The notes beneath the pieces are model-generated. The model saw only the letters and a program-made list of their open reading frames with translations, did not search any database and was not told where the DNA came from. The position numbers and the translations under genes are program-made. From the human T2T-CHM13v2.0 reference genome, Homo sapiens, in NCBI RefSeq assembly GCF_009914755.1, contig NC_060925.1: a stretch of DNA of 64,000 bases. The stretch is one strand, 5' to 3'. This document shows positions 30,060-45,725 of the stretch, piece by piece; the first letter of the stretch is position 1; every line of letters starts with the position of its first letter.

Positions 30060-30654
30060 TCATTTTGTGTTTGTTTGTTTAGTGCCTGAAGGGGGAAATA
30101 TAAAAGAGTAAGAAATGATACCGGCACAAAGAGACCTGAAAATCTATTGGAGGAAATAAGATATATAAGGACAGGCTCATTGCAGAGCGTGGAATGCAGT
30201 CCAGGAACATAGAGCACTAGACATGGAAGCAAGAGACCGTGACCCCATGTCTATTGACGCTCCATTGCTGACTTATTGTGTGATAATGGGGCAAGTCCCT
30301 TTGCCTTGCATGCAGTGACAAACTCTTGGAATCTGTATAACTATGCAGACCACAGATATGATATCTCCTGGGACCATGATTCTCTAGGGACAACTCTGTC
30401 CCTGAGAGCTAAGCCCCAGGGATGATGGCTAATCCTGGGAAACATAAAACTAAGTTATCAGGACCCCCATGGAATCACCCACAGGGAGTAACTCAGAGCA
30501 GCAGCCTACTGCAGAGAGGGAAGTAGCACCTACAGCCAGCTGTGCTAAGGCAAATAACTATTTTTTTAGAACTTACCATGTACCAGGTACTATTCTTAGT
30601 TAAATGTATCATTTTGTTAATCCACACAACATCCCTATAAGGAACTGTAATTAT

Positions 30655-31285
<631 letters not shown>

Positions 31286-31294
31286 CAAGTCCCA

Positions 31295-31601
31295 AGGTAA
31301 AGGGCTAGACTGCAAATATGTTCGACTTTGTGGGCCATATGGTTTCCATTGCAACTACTCAACTCTGCCTTCATAAGACAAAAGCAGCCACACTAACACA
31401 CAAAATGGGTGTAGCTGGGGTCCAGTAAAATTTTATTTACAGGCACTGCAACTCAAATGTAATATAATCTTCACACATCACAATATATTTGGCTTTTGTT
31501 TTTCAACCACTTAAAAGTATAAAAACTATTCTTAGTTCACAGGCCACATAAACAGGCAGCAGGCTGGAATTGGCCCACAGGTCACAGTTTACCAATCCCT
31601 G
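31295..31601. mobile_element. MER58B-like hAT-Charlie MITE
   Basis: ctttgtgggccatatgg...gcaactactcaactctgcc...ttggcccacagg..acagttt. Confidence 0.75.
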
Positions 31602-32595
31602 AGCCAGAATCTATTAAGGGCTCACATGGAAACCACTGTGCCAAGATATTTGAGGGCACTTGAAAGTGGGATGTTACTTTAAGTATATGAAACATTTCTT
31701 ATACAATCAAGTATACACACATTATTAATGTGTTTGCCAGGTACCTTTCCATAGTACCAAGGTAAATTTAGGTTTATTCACTGTCTGAATCATGTACAAC
31801 TCATTTAAATTAAATAAGATTGGCACAATGAAGTTGTCAAGTTTTCAAAGATTACATAAAAAGAGTAGATGGTAAACAATTCTGGCCCTAAACATCTCAT
31901 GCATCTCACATTGTACCTCATTGATAAATCCAAATTTCCAGCATGAGCATTGGATTTGATTTTATTATTGTTTAAAAAGCAATTGACAGAACTAGTAACT
32001 AAACCAGTTATGATGCTGTAGGCATTTTCAACTGTGACTCATACTGCGAAATATGGAGTTAGCTCATCTCAACAGGACAGAAAAGGCTGCATGGCACGTG
32101 GGTGTGTGTTATTGGATCTAGAGTTTGATCTCGACCCACTTCTCACCTGTGGGCCCTGTGCATTTGAGTTATCTGGTAAGGAGGGTGGGCCCAGATCAGT
32201 TTTCACACTGGCAAGTTAGTTCAAGGCTATATTCTTGTAGACACACCCTGCTTTCCCAAAACTGAGGTAGACATTGTGCAATACCATACAAACACACTCA
32301 AAGGAAGCAGGGCTTTGGCATATAGTAGGCACTCAATAAATATTTGAATCAACAAATAAATATATGGATAGCTCTGAACTACTAGGGGGAAAAAAAGCAC
32401 TCATTTGAGTAAACAGGTCATCATTAATTATTATTTACTGTACTCTATTCTTGTCTGCCATAGGAAAAACAAGAGCTATATGCCCCAGTGCTTGACCACT
32501 TATTTATTTACTTATTTCACAAAAATTATTAAATACCTACTATGTTCCAGGAACTCTACAGGGAATTTGGCCTACATAGCTAACGAAGACATTAC

Positions 32596-32859
32596 AGGGT
32601 TGCATTATAACTTCCATGAGTCCTAGGCACTTTTGCCTTCATGGACCCCTTCTTCCATTAAAAAAATTAAAATTTTTATTTTACATTGTCTTAAAGATAA
32701 ATATAATTCAGGCCGGATTCATTGCTATGTTCTTAATTATTATACTCACTATTTCTTCAGAATTTAAAAGCAATTAATATGAAAACATTGTCGTGGACCC
32801 TAAAATTACCCTGGGCCCTGGGCTCTGTGTCTGTTGTGCCCAGTGGGGCGATTGCCCTG
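32596..32859. mobile_element. hAT-type MITE (MER96B-like, family uncertain)
   Basis: CAGGG...CCCTG terminal inverted ends; cctaggcacttttgccttc. Confidence 0.5.
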
Positions 32860-33418
32860 CGACAGTCTCTGTCTTCCTGCCTCCTGTCCTGAATGAATCG
32901 GTCCAAATGTTACTCAAAGGAGCTGATCAAAGTAGCTGGGACCTGGGGAGAATTCCCAGGTGTGGGAATCCTGAGAGGTAATTATGGAGAGCTTCCGAAT
33001 GGAGAGCCTGTGGCCGTGGGGTGAAAGTGAAAGTGAACAGTGACAGCGGCCTGTTGGGTGGTACTGGGTTCTGAGCAGGGCGAGGAGGGGAATCTAGTTG
33101 GGGGGATGGGGAGACAGTAGCAATGGCAAGGCAGGATATTACAGCAGCAGCAGGATGAGAAGGGTGACTGCATCACTCGGTGCAGACTGCTGGCACCTGA
33201 GTGGAGTAAGGCTGATGGCTGTGCAGGGAGCAAAGGCAGTGGCCACTGGGGAGGCAGGTGGTGCGGGAGGGGAGAAAAGCAGACCAAACAGCCTGGCTGG
33301 GGTGTTGGGGCCCAAGAAGGATGAGGAGGATATTAGCACAGTCCGTGTGGAGTGTCAGAACCTGAGGGTAGATCAAGGTAACCAGCTTCTCACAGTCAGA
33401 AAAAGAAGTTACAAATCT

Positions 33419-33708
33419 GGCCAGGCGCGGTGGCTCACACCTATAATCCCAGCACTTTGGGAGGCCAAGGTGGGCAAATCACTTGAGACCACCCTAGGCG
33501 ATATGACGAAACCCCGTCTCCATAAAAAGTATAAAAATTTGTCGGGTGTGGTCGCACACACCTGTAATCCCAGCTACTCAGGAGGCTGAGGTAGAATAAT
33601 CACTTGAGCCCAGGAAGTGGAGGTTGCAATGAGCTGAGATCATGCCACTGCACTCCAGCCTGGGTGACAGAGCAAGACTCTGCCTCAAAAAAAAAAAAAA
33701 AAAAAAAA
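33419..33708 (+). mobile_element. AluJ
   Basis: Alu with A tail, TSD aagttacaaatct. Confidence 0.93.
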
Positions 33709-33827
33709 AGTTACAAATCTGGAAAGTGAAAACTAGAATGAATCTGTGCTGCTGTAGATTAAAATCATCACTATCAGCATGAATTCATGCTTTCCTGTAA
33801 TATACAGATATAAAACTAGATGTAAAT

Positions 33828-33829
<2 letters not shown>

Positions 33830-33861
<32 letters not shown>
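33830..33861. repeat. (TG)n microsatellite
   Basis: TG run. Confidence 0.95.
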
Positions 33862-33863
<2 letters not shown>

Positions 33864-33941
33864 TAGCTCTACACATTGAGAGCCTGGGAGCAGAGACATC
33901 CCAATAGCAATGAACACAGCTATCATCCATATTTTGATTTC

Positions 33942-34293
33942 TGCTATGGTTTGACAGTTTTTATCCCCTACAAAATTCATATATTTAAATCCTAATCCCC
34001 AGAGTGATGGTATTAGGAGGTGGGGACTTTGGGAGGTGATAAGGTCATCAGGGCAGAGGTCCAGGTATGGGACTCATGCCCTTATAGAAGAGGCTCAGAG
34101 AACTGCCTTGCCCCTTACACAGCCAGAAAGTTGGCAATCTGCATCTCACAGGCAAACCCTCATCAGACCCCAACCATGCTGGCACCCTCATCTTGAACTT
34201 ACCAGCCTCCAGATCTGTGGAAAATACACTTCTGTTGTTTATAAGCTAACCAGTCTATGATATTTGTTATAGCAACCCAAACAGACTAAGACA
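33942..34293 (+). mobile_element. MaLR LTR (MLT1A-like)
   Basis: tgctatggttt...aaaattcat...gactaagaca. Confidence 0.8.
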
Positions 34294-35705
34294 ACTTCTA
34301 AATACCATTTTCCATGAAAAAGAGCCAGGCCCCTCAGGAGAAATGGCAGGAAAATTACAAGATGAGTTTGGAATATCTTGTTGTTCCAGAAGGCAAGGAC
34401 ATGTACAAAGAATGATAGGAACAGGCAAGAAAATATACAAAGAATGATAGGAACACTGGCCAAATTGGGAACAATTTGATGAAAACAGATTAGAACCCAA
34501 TAGATAAAATAAGCTTCCATGGGTCCATACTAATATAAATAATTGATTGATTAATAAGGAAGAAAGTAAGTTTTTTCTTATAGTAGAATGCCAACTAATT
34601 AAATGCAGAATGGATAATTAAATTAAAAAAATCACTGCTTGGCAACCATCATAATAGTATGGTTTCAGACAAGAAATATCAATGGATGCTAAAACTAATG
34701 GATGAACATTTCATGCAGAATGGAGTTGTTTTTTTTTTCTTTTGAGACAGGGTCTCACTCCTGTCACTCAGGCTGGAGTGCAGTGGCTCGATCACTGCAG
34801 CCTCAACTTCCCAGGCCCAGGTGATTCTCCCACCTTAGCCTACCGAGTAGCTGGGACTACAGGCATGCGCCACCATGCCTGGCTAAATTTTGTATTTTTA
34901 GTAGAGACGGGGGGTTTCACCATGTTTCCCAGGCTGGTCTCAAACTTCTGGCCTAAAGTGATCCACCCTCCTTGGCCTCACAAAGAGTTGGGATTACACG
35001 GATGAGCCACTGCACCTGGCCAGAATGGGATATTTAAATAGTCTCAAAGTACCTTCCGTAAAATATTTACAAATTTTTTTAAAAAATAATAATTTTACAG
35101 TGAAGAGGACTGGCAGACACCTCTTAATTAAGTGATCAAAGTGAACATCACCATTAATAAGACAAACTGAAATTGTGCACCACCTGTAGGATGCAATGAG
35201 AAGACCATACACAGCATCACTTCTCTGCTATTCCTACCAAAAATGAAAAGCATTACCTAAATCTAATTCTGAGGAAATATGAGACAAACTCAAATGAAGG
35301 AGCATTCCACAGAATAACTGTAATCTACTAAAATGTGAAGGTCATGGAATCAAGGAAAGACTGAGGAACACCCCTACTCTGAGAGGGTCAAAGAGGCACA
35401 ACAACCAAATGCAGTGCTTGATCCTGAACTTCTGCGATAATCACATTTATTGGGACAGCTGGGGAAACTGGAATGGTGTCTGCAGATTCAATGTTAGTAA
35501 TGTATTAATGTTATTAATACTTTTATAACTTAGATAGTTGTATTATTTTTATATAGAAGAATGTCCTTGGGTCCAGGAATGATACATTCAAATATTAAAG
35601 TGATACGGCATCATGCAATAATTTCCTCTCCAACAGTTCAGAAAAAAAAGTCATTATACTATTCTTGCCAGTTTTCTTTAGGATTGAAATTATTTCAAAA
35701 TAAGA
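34294..35705 (+). mobile_element. Old L1M (L1MC/MD-like) 3' region split by an Alu
   Basis: tttacagtgaagaggactggcagacacctcttaattaagtgatcaaagtgaacatcacca; attgaaattatttcaaaataa. Confidence 0.65.
34729..35020 (-). mobile_element. AluJ
   Basis: Antisense Alu, flanking cagaatgg duplication. Confidence 0.92.
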
Positions 35706-36086
35706 AGAAAAAATTAAATTGAAAGTCATCAAACTTTTTAAGGTAAAGCCCAAGACTACAGAATTTATAACTGAACTATTGTGTATTCCCTGAAGGACAT
35801 TTGCTTTTAGTGATTTTTTCTTAAAAATCAAGTATTCTTTTCTGGCATAAAAATATGACTCCCACATGCAAATCTAATCTACAGTGTGAGAAGTGCAGGC
35901 AGTGGTTACGCTGGCAGGAGGATGAAGGGGAAGTGGTGGCTGGCAGTAAGCCCTGAGGAGCTCCCGCAGCTCTCCATGCTTCCTGATCTAGGCTCTGAGT
36001 GCACGGGTGTAAGTCCTTTATGTACATGTACACCCTCCTGCTGCATTCAAGGTTTGTACTCTTTTCTGTATACATATTATACTTCA

Positions 36087-36388
<302 letters not shown>

Positions 36389-37649
36389 TTAAGAAGTCCA
36401 CAATCCAGCATAAACAGAAGATGATGACAGCTGTCACAGTTGCATGTCTGACACCCACAAACCAACAGTGAATCACCAGACTAACCTACAAAGAAGCTCT
36501 AAATTTGCGGTTCAACAAGAATTCAAGGAATAAGGTTACTGGGGCCCAGGAAAGTAAATAGATACATATATACATTCACTCACTCACTGGTTCTCCGTAT
36601 ACTCACTCATCAACTCCCCATTTCTTCTTCTCAAATAAAAGTTGTAAATGGGTGTCAAGATTCTATTTTGGTACCACCTTATTACTACCTTCCTCTCACA
36701 ATGGGAGGGAACATTCAAAAGATATTTAAAGGGACTTGGTCATAGGAAGCCCCCAGTGGTACCTTAATAGTTGTGAGCATGTCTAAGTGAGCCCACGTGG
36801 TGGAGATGTGATGTCAGAGATGGGAAATGAGGGAGTCAGAAGTGGTCTCACCATGTCACTGGCCTCCAGGTTATCATCCAATGTCCATCATTTCCTACCT
36901 GCTGCTAGTGAGAAGACCTTGGTGCTCCTTGGACTGAACTTTGGCCTAGGACTTGCCTGAAGCTCTGTGTACAGCTTTAAACCCCAGCTTTCCAGCACTG
37001 ACCACCATGACAGGACGGAACCCAGTGTCCTGGGGTAAAACCCAAGGGGTAGCAGCTGCACTGGGGAGACATGTACCCAGTCTGGACTAGTCCTTAATGT
37101 GTGGTTTTCACCTTCATGAAGGCCTCTCATGCTTCTTTCTTTGACAGGAAGGACTTGGGGGAAGTCCCTCTGATTTCCCCCTGCTGACACTGGTCCGCTT
37201 TGGCCGCTTGACGTGTGTGGGCTTCCTGAAGTCTCTGTTGCTGCGGACCAGGGCATATCACTTTGCCCATGGTCAAAGGAAGAAAGGAAAATTTCCACCC
37301 ACCTGAGATAGGCTGCTTCTATCTTCAGCCTGAGGCAGAGCAGTCATCACTCATCACCAGCACCCCTCAGGTCTTTCTTTGCTGGACTAGTGTCAGGGGC
37401 AGGGGCAGGGGCGGGGACAGTTCAATCCAGGAGACCTGGGTTCCAGCTGTAGTTCTGGTTTAGCTGTGCTTCTTCCCTAGCTCTGTGATGACAAGCAAAT
37501 TATTTTTCATGTCTTCACCTTGGCTTCCTAATCTGGACTATAAGAAGGTATTTTAAAATAATCTCTAAAATCCTCTAGAATATAAATTCCATGAGGATGT
37601 CATCTTGCAGCAGAAGAGCTCAATAAAATATTTGATCAAGAAATAGTTA

Positions 37650-37957
37650 GGCTGAGTGCAGTGGCTCACTCCTGTATTCTCAGAACTTTGGGAGGCTGAG
37701 GTGGGCAGATCACTTGAGGCCAGGAGTCTGAGACCAGCCTGGCCAACATGGCAAAACTCCATCTCTACTAAAAATACAAAAAAATTAGCTGGACATGGTG
37801 ACACACACCTGTAATCCCAGCTACTCAGGAGGCTGAAGCATGAGAATCACTTGAACCCAGGAGGCAGAGGTTGCAGTGAGCCAAGATCACACCACTGCAC
37901 TCCAGCCTGGCCAAAGAGTGAGACTCTCAAAAAATAAAAATAAAAAAAATTTAAAAA
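37650..37957 (+). mobile_element. Alu (S-type)
   Basis: Full-length Alu, TSD gaaatagtt. Confidence 0.95.
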
Positions 37958-37967
37958 GGAAATAGTT

Positions 37968-38310
<343 letters not shown>

Positions 38311-39559
38311 TCATCCACTTGGCCTGCCTCTGATTTCAGCCACAACTATAGTAAATAGACAGTGCCTGCAAAGCTCAGACTCACCCTGTGACAGTGCCCC
38401 ATCTCAAGGCCAGCCCTACAAGTCTATCTGCTTTCTGTCTTCGTTTCTGGCTCAGCCTCACTGCCTCACAATCTCAAATGCAACAAAAACATTTTACTTC
38501 TTCGTCCTTCAAAGTCATTAACTTGCGCATGATCTCAGAGTGTGCAAAGATTTTCTAAACAGAACAAATTAAAAGCATTAAAAGATTTTCTAAATAGAAC
38601 AAATTAAAAGCATTAACCATAGGAAAGACTAACGATTTGAACTAATATTCCTAAAAAGACATCGTTAGGAGAGTCAAAACGCAACTATGAGCTAAGAAAA
38701 TATATTTGCAATATATGTATTTAGCAAAGGACTCATATCCAAAATAAAGAACTGCTGCAAGTCAATAACAGAAAGATCAACAGCCAGCCACCAAAGATTA
38801 CATATTATTCCATTCATATAGAATTTAAAAATGGGTAAAATTTCCATTAATGGTAACAGAAGTCGGAATAGTGATTATCTTTGAGTGGAGTATTACAGAG
38901 AAGGACTACAAGGGGAGGTGCTGGGCTGATGGAAATGATCAGTATCTCAATCTCAGTAATGATTCCACAGATGTATACAACGGATTTTATGTAAAATTCA
39001 TCAAGTTGTATACTTTGTACACTTTGCAACAGATAAGTTTGAGTTCAATAAAAAAGGGGGTGGGAATCGAGGCTGTTTAGGTCACATACTCACTCTTGCA
39101 TCCAAGGGAATAGTGTGTTGATTGGCTTGGGACGGGGTCCTATGGCCCATCCTGAGGGCTGAGGATGGAGCCCACCCAGACCAAAAATGGACAGAGGAGG
39201 GAATCTCCAAGGGGGATTGAAAAGTATTTGCAGAAGATGAGGAAAAAGATGTTCTAAGGGAGACAACTAATTTCTAATGGTCAGGACAGAGGTGGGCCTT
39301 ACCTTTAGCAAGTGGAGCTGGAAAATATAGGAGAGAGAGAAAGACAGAGACACAGAGACAGAGAGACAGGGGCAGAGAGATGCAGAGTAACCAGCCGTCG
39401 GCTTTCCAATTCTTTGTTCTCACTCCTGTGAGTGAAGCTGCACTTCCTATGTGGGGGTTCTGAAAGGTTTCCCTGTATCTGTGGGGGAACTTGTTATTCT
39501 TTTTGACCATCTGGCATTTTGAGCCTGCTTTTAATTGTTTGGGGAAGTTCCCCACCTTA

Positions 39560-39980
39560 TGAATCTTGACAGGAGGCAGAGTTGCCTCCCACTCTCAGTG
39601 CTGAAAATGCCAGTGTTCATGATCTAAGCTCAGCCAAGGAGACAGCAGCGCTCCAGAATCACAGAGACCACAGGGCACATCGGTGTGGAGGACTTGGTCA
39701 TAGAAGAGTCTAGTCCAGCAGTGTCACGGCAGGCCAGTGTTCACAGGGTCAGAGGAGCGAGCAGCAGCAGCCGGCGCCCAGCAGCATAGCCCTGCAGTCC
39801 TCACGCCCCATTCTAAGGTGTGACGTTTGGCCCTTTTGCCAGCTGGCAGGCCCCACATCTGATCCTCCATCCTTCCTGCCAATCCTGTACCCCAGTCTAT
39901 ATCCTTTCAATAGTTCCTTTTTGGCCTAAACCAGCCAATCCATGTACACTGCTTGAAACCAGGAATCCTAACTGATAATA
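39560..39980 (+). mobile_element. Old ERVL LTR (LTR33/LTR16-like)
   Basis: 3' end atcctttcaatagttcctttttggcctaaaccagcca...gcttgaaaccaggaatcctaactgata. Confidence 0.45.
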
Positions 39981-40231
39981 ACATGCTTTCAGAAAATTCC
40001 CCCTTTTAGTTTATACAGAGAAGCAAAGCCTGAATCCAAAAGAATGCTTCTACTGTGTGAATTTTCCACACCATCATATGGTCACAAGGAAGGTGTCTGC
40101 TGGCAAAAGACCCTTAACACCCTACAAATCACATGACAGGAGGAAAGGGGGACAAGCCAACGTGTGAATTGCAGTTAGGTCCTCAACTCACCTTATGTTC
40201 AGTTCTCATCGTAAACCCACAGGATAGGTAT

Positions 40232-40614
40232 TGTACTAGTGTGCTCAGGCTGCCATCACAAAGTACCACAGACTGGAGGGCTTAAACCACAGACATTTTT
40301 ATTTTCTCACAGTTCTGGAAGTAAGAAGTCTAAGGTCAAGATGCCAGAAAATTCTGTTTCTGGTAAAACCTCCCTTCCTAGCTTGCAGACGGCCACCTTC
40401 TCACTGTGTCTTTGCATGGCCTTTCCTCTGTGTGTGCACAGAGGAAAAGATCTCTGGTATCTCTTCCTCTTCTTACAAGGACACCAGATTAGGGCCCCAC
40501 CTTCTATGACCTCATTTAACCGTTACCTTCTTGGAGGCCCTGTTTCCAAATACAGTCATACTGCAGGTTAAGTCAATAAATGAATTATTGGGGGACGCAA
40601 TTCAATCTGTAACA
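40232..40614 (-). mobile_element. MaLR LTR (MLT1A-like)
   Basis: aaagtaccacagactgg...ttctcacagttctgga...aagtctaaggtcaag; TSD ggtat/agtat. Confidence 0.85.
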
Positions 40615-40984
40615 AGTATTGTCTCAATATTGCAAACAAGAAACATGAGGTTAAAGTTCTTGTCCAAGATCTAGATAAAGCCTTGGCACTTTTCAGTCTG
40701 CTTATGGTTTTCAGTCTTTCTTATCAAATCTTGGAAATTCAAGCTTCAAAGTATGAAGTAGAAGAAAAGTATGGTGTATCATAGAGCAGTGAGAAATGAA
40801 TGAACCTGAGATGAAGCCAGTGTGACTGTCTGCCAGTCAGCCCTGGAGCGAGGGGATGGAATAACCCAGATATATCCACTGGCTCCTCTCCAAGCTTCAG
40901 CCATGCCATGGCTGGCACATCACTGCCTCGTAGCAGCTTGGGTCCTGTGTTTGGGTCCTGACTCTCATATGACTTTGTGAGTGC

Positions 40985-41348
40985 TGGCAAAGACTCCCTC
41001 CTTGACCAAACTTTAGTCGGGTTCCCTGAAGCCTTCTTCTCAACTAGGCCTTGCCCTTGACCTGATGAGCCAAGTTTTAGCAATGAATCTTGTTAAGTCC
41101 ATTTACTGAGATTCTCTCACCCTCAACATCCAATCAAGCTCCTCTTCCTCCACCTAATCAAGTTCCTGTTAGTAATTTTCCATCCACTCCCCCAGCGTGC
41201 TGATTGGCTGTAAATCCCCCCTTATCCCTGATGTATTTGGGTTTCAATCCTCTCACCTATTGCAATAATCTTGACCCTTACTGCAATAGCCTTGAATAAA
41301 GTGTTCGTTGCTGTTTTTCACAGATATCAGGATAATTTTTCTTTAACA
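40985..41348 (+). mobile_element. ERV1 solo LTR (MER31-like)
   Basis: aaagactccctccttgaccaaactttagtc...cttgaataaagt...ttctttaaca. Confidence 0.7.
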
Positions 41349-42728
41349 GTTTATTAGGGGCAAGACCACGTCTCACATTTCTCCTTACATATCTCCCCAA
41401 CACATAGTTGTGCTTCAGCTGGTGCACTGTCAAGAGGCAAGTGAGTGGGTGGGAGGATGGGTGACACCTAAAAGTCCCATGGCCTAGCTACAGAGAAAAG
41501 TCAAAGAGCACCTTGAAGCCTATGAAGAATGGACAGTGGGATGAGCCTTAGGAAAAGGAAGATAGAAGAGAATAAAGGGAAGAAAACAGAGGGTTCCTAG
41601 CAGCATGTCAGACTCAATCGGAACCACCCTTACACTATCAATTTGGGACACTCCAGGAGCAAAGGGCCCCAGTCTTGATGGCCTGAGGGCCCCAAGTCCA
41701 AGGGGCAGCACTTGGCAGAGGGACAAACACTGGATAATTATCCTGGCCCTGACTTTGGTGTTCTCAGCTCTGCGACGTTAGGCAAATCAGCTAACCTCTG
41801 TGACCCTCAGCCTTTCCACGCATGAAATGACAGTAACAATGGCTCCCTCACAGGTGCAAGTAAGAATGTAAGTGAAACAATTTGTTTTCTTTTTTAGTAT
41901 GCTTGATATTTACTGAGAAGAATGCAAATGCTCTTTCTAACTGGTATTCAGGAGCTGGGTTGAGGGCCTGTTTTTGTTTGTCTGTTTTGTTCATAGTATT
42001 TTTGCCTAAATGTGCGTATCTGTGGGACTGATGAAATTATGAAAGAAAAATGACAGCTGTGCAAAACTGGTGCATGGAAGAAAAGGAATGTCATGATGTG
42101 GGACTGCCAGGTCCACCGGGCCTCTGCAGCAAACCGATGGGGCAGGGAGTAGGTTGGGAGCCAACCAGGCCAGAAGACTGGCTCCTTTGGGAGTTGGTGA
42201 GCTGTCCAAATCAATGCCCAGGGAGGTAGAGCCAACCCAGGCTCTCCTAGGTTGGTCCTTGTCTCTAAAGGCAGGGTCTGTCGGTGAGATGTGGTGGGTG
42301 GTGATAGTGTAGCTCTCTGGGCACATGTAGGCTAAGCAGTGGCAGCAGCTGGGCTGTGGGTGGTCTGCCCAATATGTCACAGATCTCTGGCCTACAGCTG
42401 GGGCTCAGAACATGGTCCAAATTTGCAAAGGAGACATCCTGGGCTGGCCTGAGTAGGCAGCAGCATGGCTTAAAGCAAGTCCCCTGCCCAGAGGCAGGCA
42501 AATGGAGCATCTTCCTGAACAAAGACAAGCACTACAGAGGGATGACGGAGAGAACCAGAGGGCAGAGGAGAGGGAAGGGGACCAAAGGGGCACCTGTGGA
42601 GGGTGGGCAGTGGCAGCTTACAGGGCCCTCCCCAACAGGGCCCAAGGGTCTCCCAGCCCAGTAACAATATCTTCATTATCATCCTGGCCAAAACATTGCT
42701 TCCTTTCACTGAGGACATTATAAATGTT

Positions 42729-42740
42729 ATTTTTTTATTT

Positions 42741-42783
<43 letters not shown>

Positions 42784-43051
42784 TTTTTTGAGAGAGAGAG
42801 AGAGAGAAGATCTCACTCTGTTGCCCAGGCTGGAGTGCAGTGATGTCATTTTGGCTCACTGCAACCTCAGCCTCCTGAATTGCTGGGACCACAGATGTGC
42901 GCCAGCATGCCCGGCTAATTTTTGTATTTTTAGTAGAGACAGGGTTTCGCCATGTTGCCTAGGCTGATCTCAAACTCCTGGACTCAAGCGATCCACCCGC
43001 CTCGGCCTCCCAAAGTGCTGGGATTACAGTTGTGAGCCATTGTGGCCGGCC
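42729..43051 (-). mobile_element. Alu with (TTTA)n tail, internal (GA)n and a small deletion
   Basis: Antisense Alu, TSD aaatgttattttt. Confidence 0.92.
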
Positions 43052-43309
43052 ACAAATGTTATTTTTAAAGCACACACACATTCCTGGTGGAAGGTAAGTA
43101 TCCTCAGCACCCATTTCCTGAAACGTCTTTTAATCATCACAATATGGAGATTGTATTATTATCTCTATTTTAAAGACAGGGCAGTATTTTCCTGGGGCAG
43201 TATTTCCCAAATTGTGTCCCACGGAATGCTAATAACAGTACTAAGAGGTAAGTGGTGCTCACTTTTGAAAATGCTCCTATAGCCAAATATTTTTGAGAAA
43301 TAATGCAGA

Positions 43310-43545
43310 GGAATGGTGCATTTGTGAGCATAGACCCAGGAGTCAGAGACACCTCGGTTTGGGGCCGAGCCCCACTGATTATCAGCTTTGCGGGTGCAGC
43401 AATAATAATCCTAGCTTCCTTATCTGGGATGTGGGAATAATGAAATACCCGCTTCATAAGGTTCGTGTGAGGGTTGATGTTATGAGGTAACAAATGTAAA
43501 GCTCTTAGCACATAGCTGGTGCAAAAAAAGTCTTCAATAAACAAG
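43310..43545 (+). mobile_element. MIR SINE
   Basis: cttccttatctgggatgtgggaataatga...tgtaaagctcttagcacatagctgg. Confidence 0.65.
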
Positions 43546-45035
43546 AACTCTTATTGGCATTGTAGCAGGTTAAATATTGTTAACATCTTACAGCTAGACC
43601 TATAATTTTTTTAGGGAGAGATCAATTTTGTTTAGGAAAACATCTTAATAAACCACGTGGAAGCGTGGCCAGCAATGGAGACTCTGAAGTTACAAGCCAT
43701 CAATAACCAAGACCAAAACCTAGAAAACCAAGTTTGAAAAAGCCAGAGTCCCATAGAGGGTGAGTACTGATTTCTCTCATTGCCTGACATTATAACAAAG
43801 AGGTTCAGGGCACAAAGATGAGATCTCACCTCCGTCTTCACCTCCCTCTTTTTAGTACTACTCCATCCTTTACAGATTCACCTACACACACTCACACATG
43901 CACACACACCACTCCCTTTTCAGGAAGAAAGCTACAGGCTCCAGTTAATTAGAAATTCTACTATTTCAGCTTTATTACTTCCTCTTTACTCTCTGAACTT
44001 TAAAGGAACACATTTCTGTAAAGTTTAAATTATTTCAATGAGGTGTATTACCTTTTTAACTGGGGGTGGGAGGGAAGCACTTTTTTTTTCTTTTTTTTTT
44101 TTTAATGTTGAAGACTCCACTCAGTCATTTGAGCTCCAGGAAGCCTTCCCTGGCCACCCATAAGTTAAGAGAAAAGCCCCTCTTCTGAGCTCCCAGAGCA
44201 CCCACTTCATACCTATGCTATAGAACACACCGCCAAGGACGGAAATTATCCAAAGGTTTGTGTCCATTGATTGCCATGCCAGGCATCCAGCTCTGCTGAA
44301 GCACGCAGGGGCCCTGACTTCCTCATTAGGTATTCTCAACACCTCCACCAGCAGCTGGTAGGCAGCAGAGCTATTGTTACTGAGCTGCCCACGGCACCAA
44401 TGGATCTATGAATGAACCTGAACGTCTTCCCTGGAGAAAAGCACTTGCTTGTCAAGGGAGGAACAGGGGTCTGAAATGCTAACCCCTGCCCTATAGTATG
44501 GGTGTGCATACGGTGCACCTTCCAAAGCCCAGAGTGGCATTCTTATTACATCCCGGAAACCCCCTGGTCAGGGGCTTTTGGGGTGACATCCAATATGTAA
44601 ATACCAGGGTCGGGTCCTGCTGAGTGGCATAACAGTGCCATATGTGAAAGTTCCACCAGCAGCAGAGGGCTCTTTCATTAGTCATTTCACTGCACACAGC
44701 TGTAAGGAATCTGGCGAAGCTTGATTTGGCTGGGAGGAGTGCATTTTCCACTTGTAGGCGTCTTGAAAACTTTCATACTAAAAAAAAAAAAAAAATTAAC
44801 AACAAGAAAATCATCATAGTCCAAAATGAGAAGCCAGAAATTGAAGGTGGAGAGCCAGGGTAGCAAACATAATGGAGGGACTCCAAGACCGGGCTTCCAC
44901 CAGGACCCTACACTGACTCACAGATGTGTAATGGTCATGGCGAGCCTTACATGTAAATAGAGATCCCAACATGTCCCAGAGGTAGTGGCTGTGGAAGCCT
45001 GGGCAGATGCCAGGCAGTATTCTAAGGTTAAGCAT

Positions 45036-45725
<690 letters not shown>

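Noticed and set aside
33098-33589. 163-aa ORF
   Set aside because: G-rich low-complexity N-half running into an Alu; no coding signature
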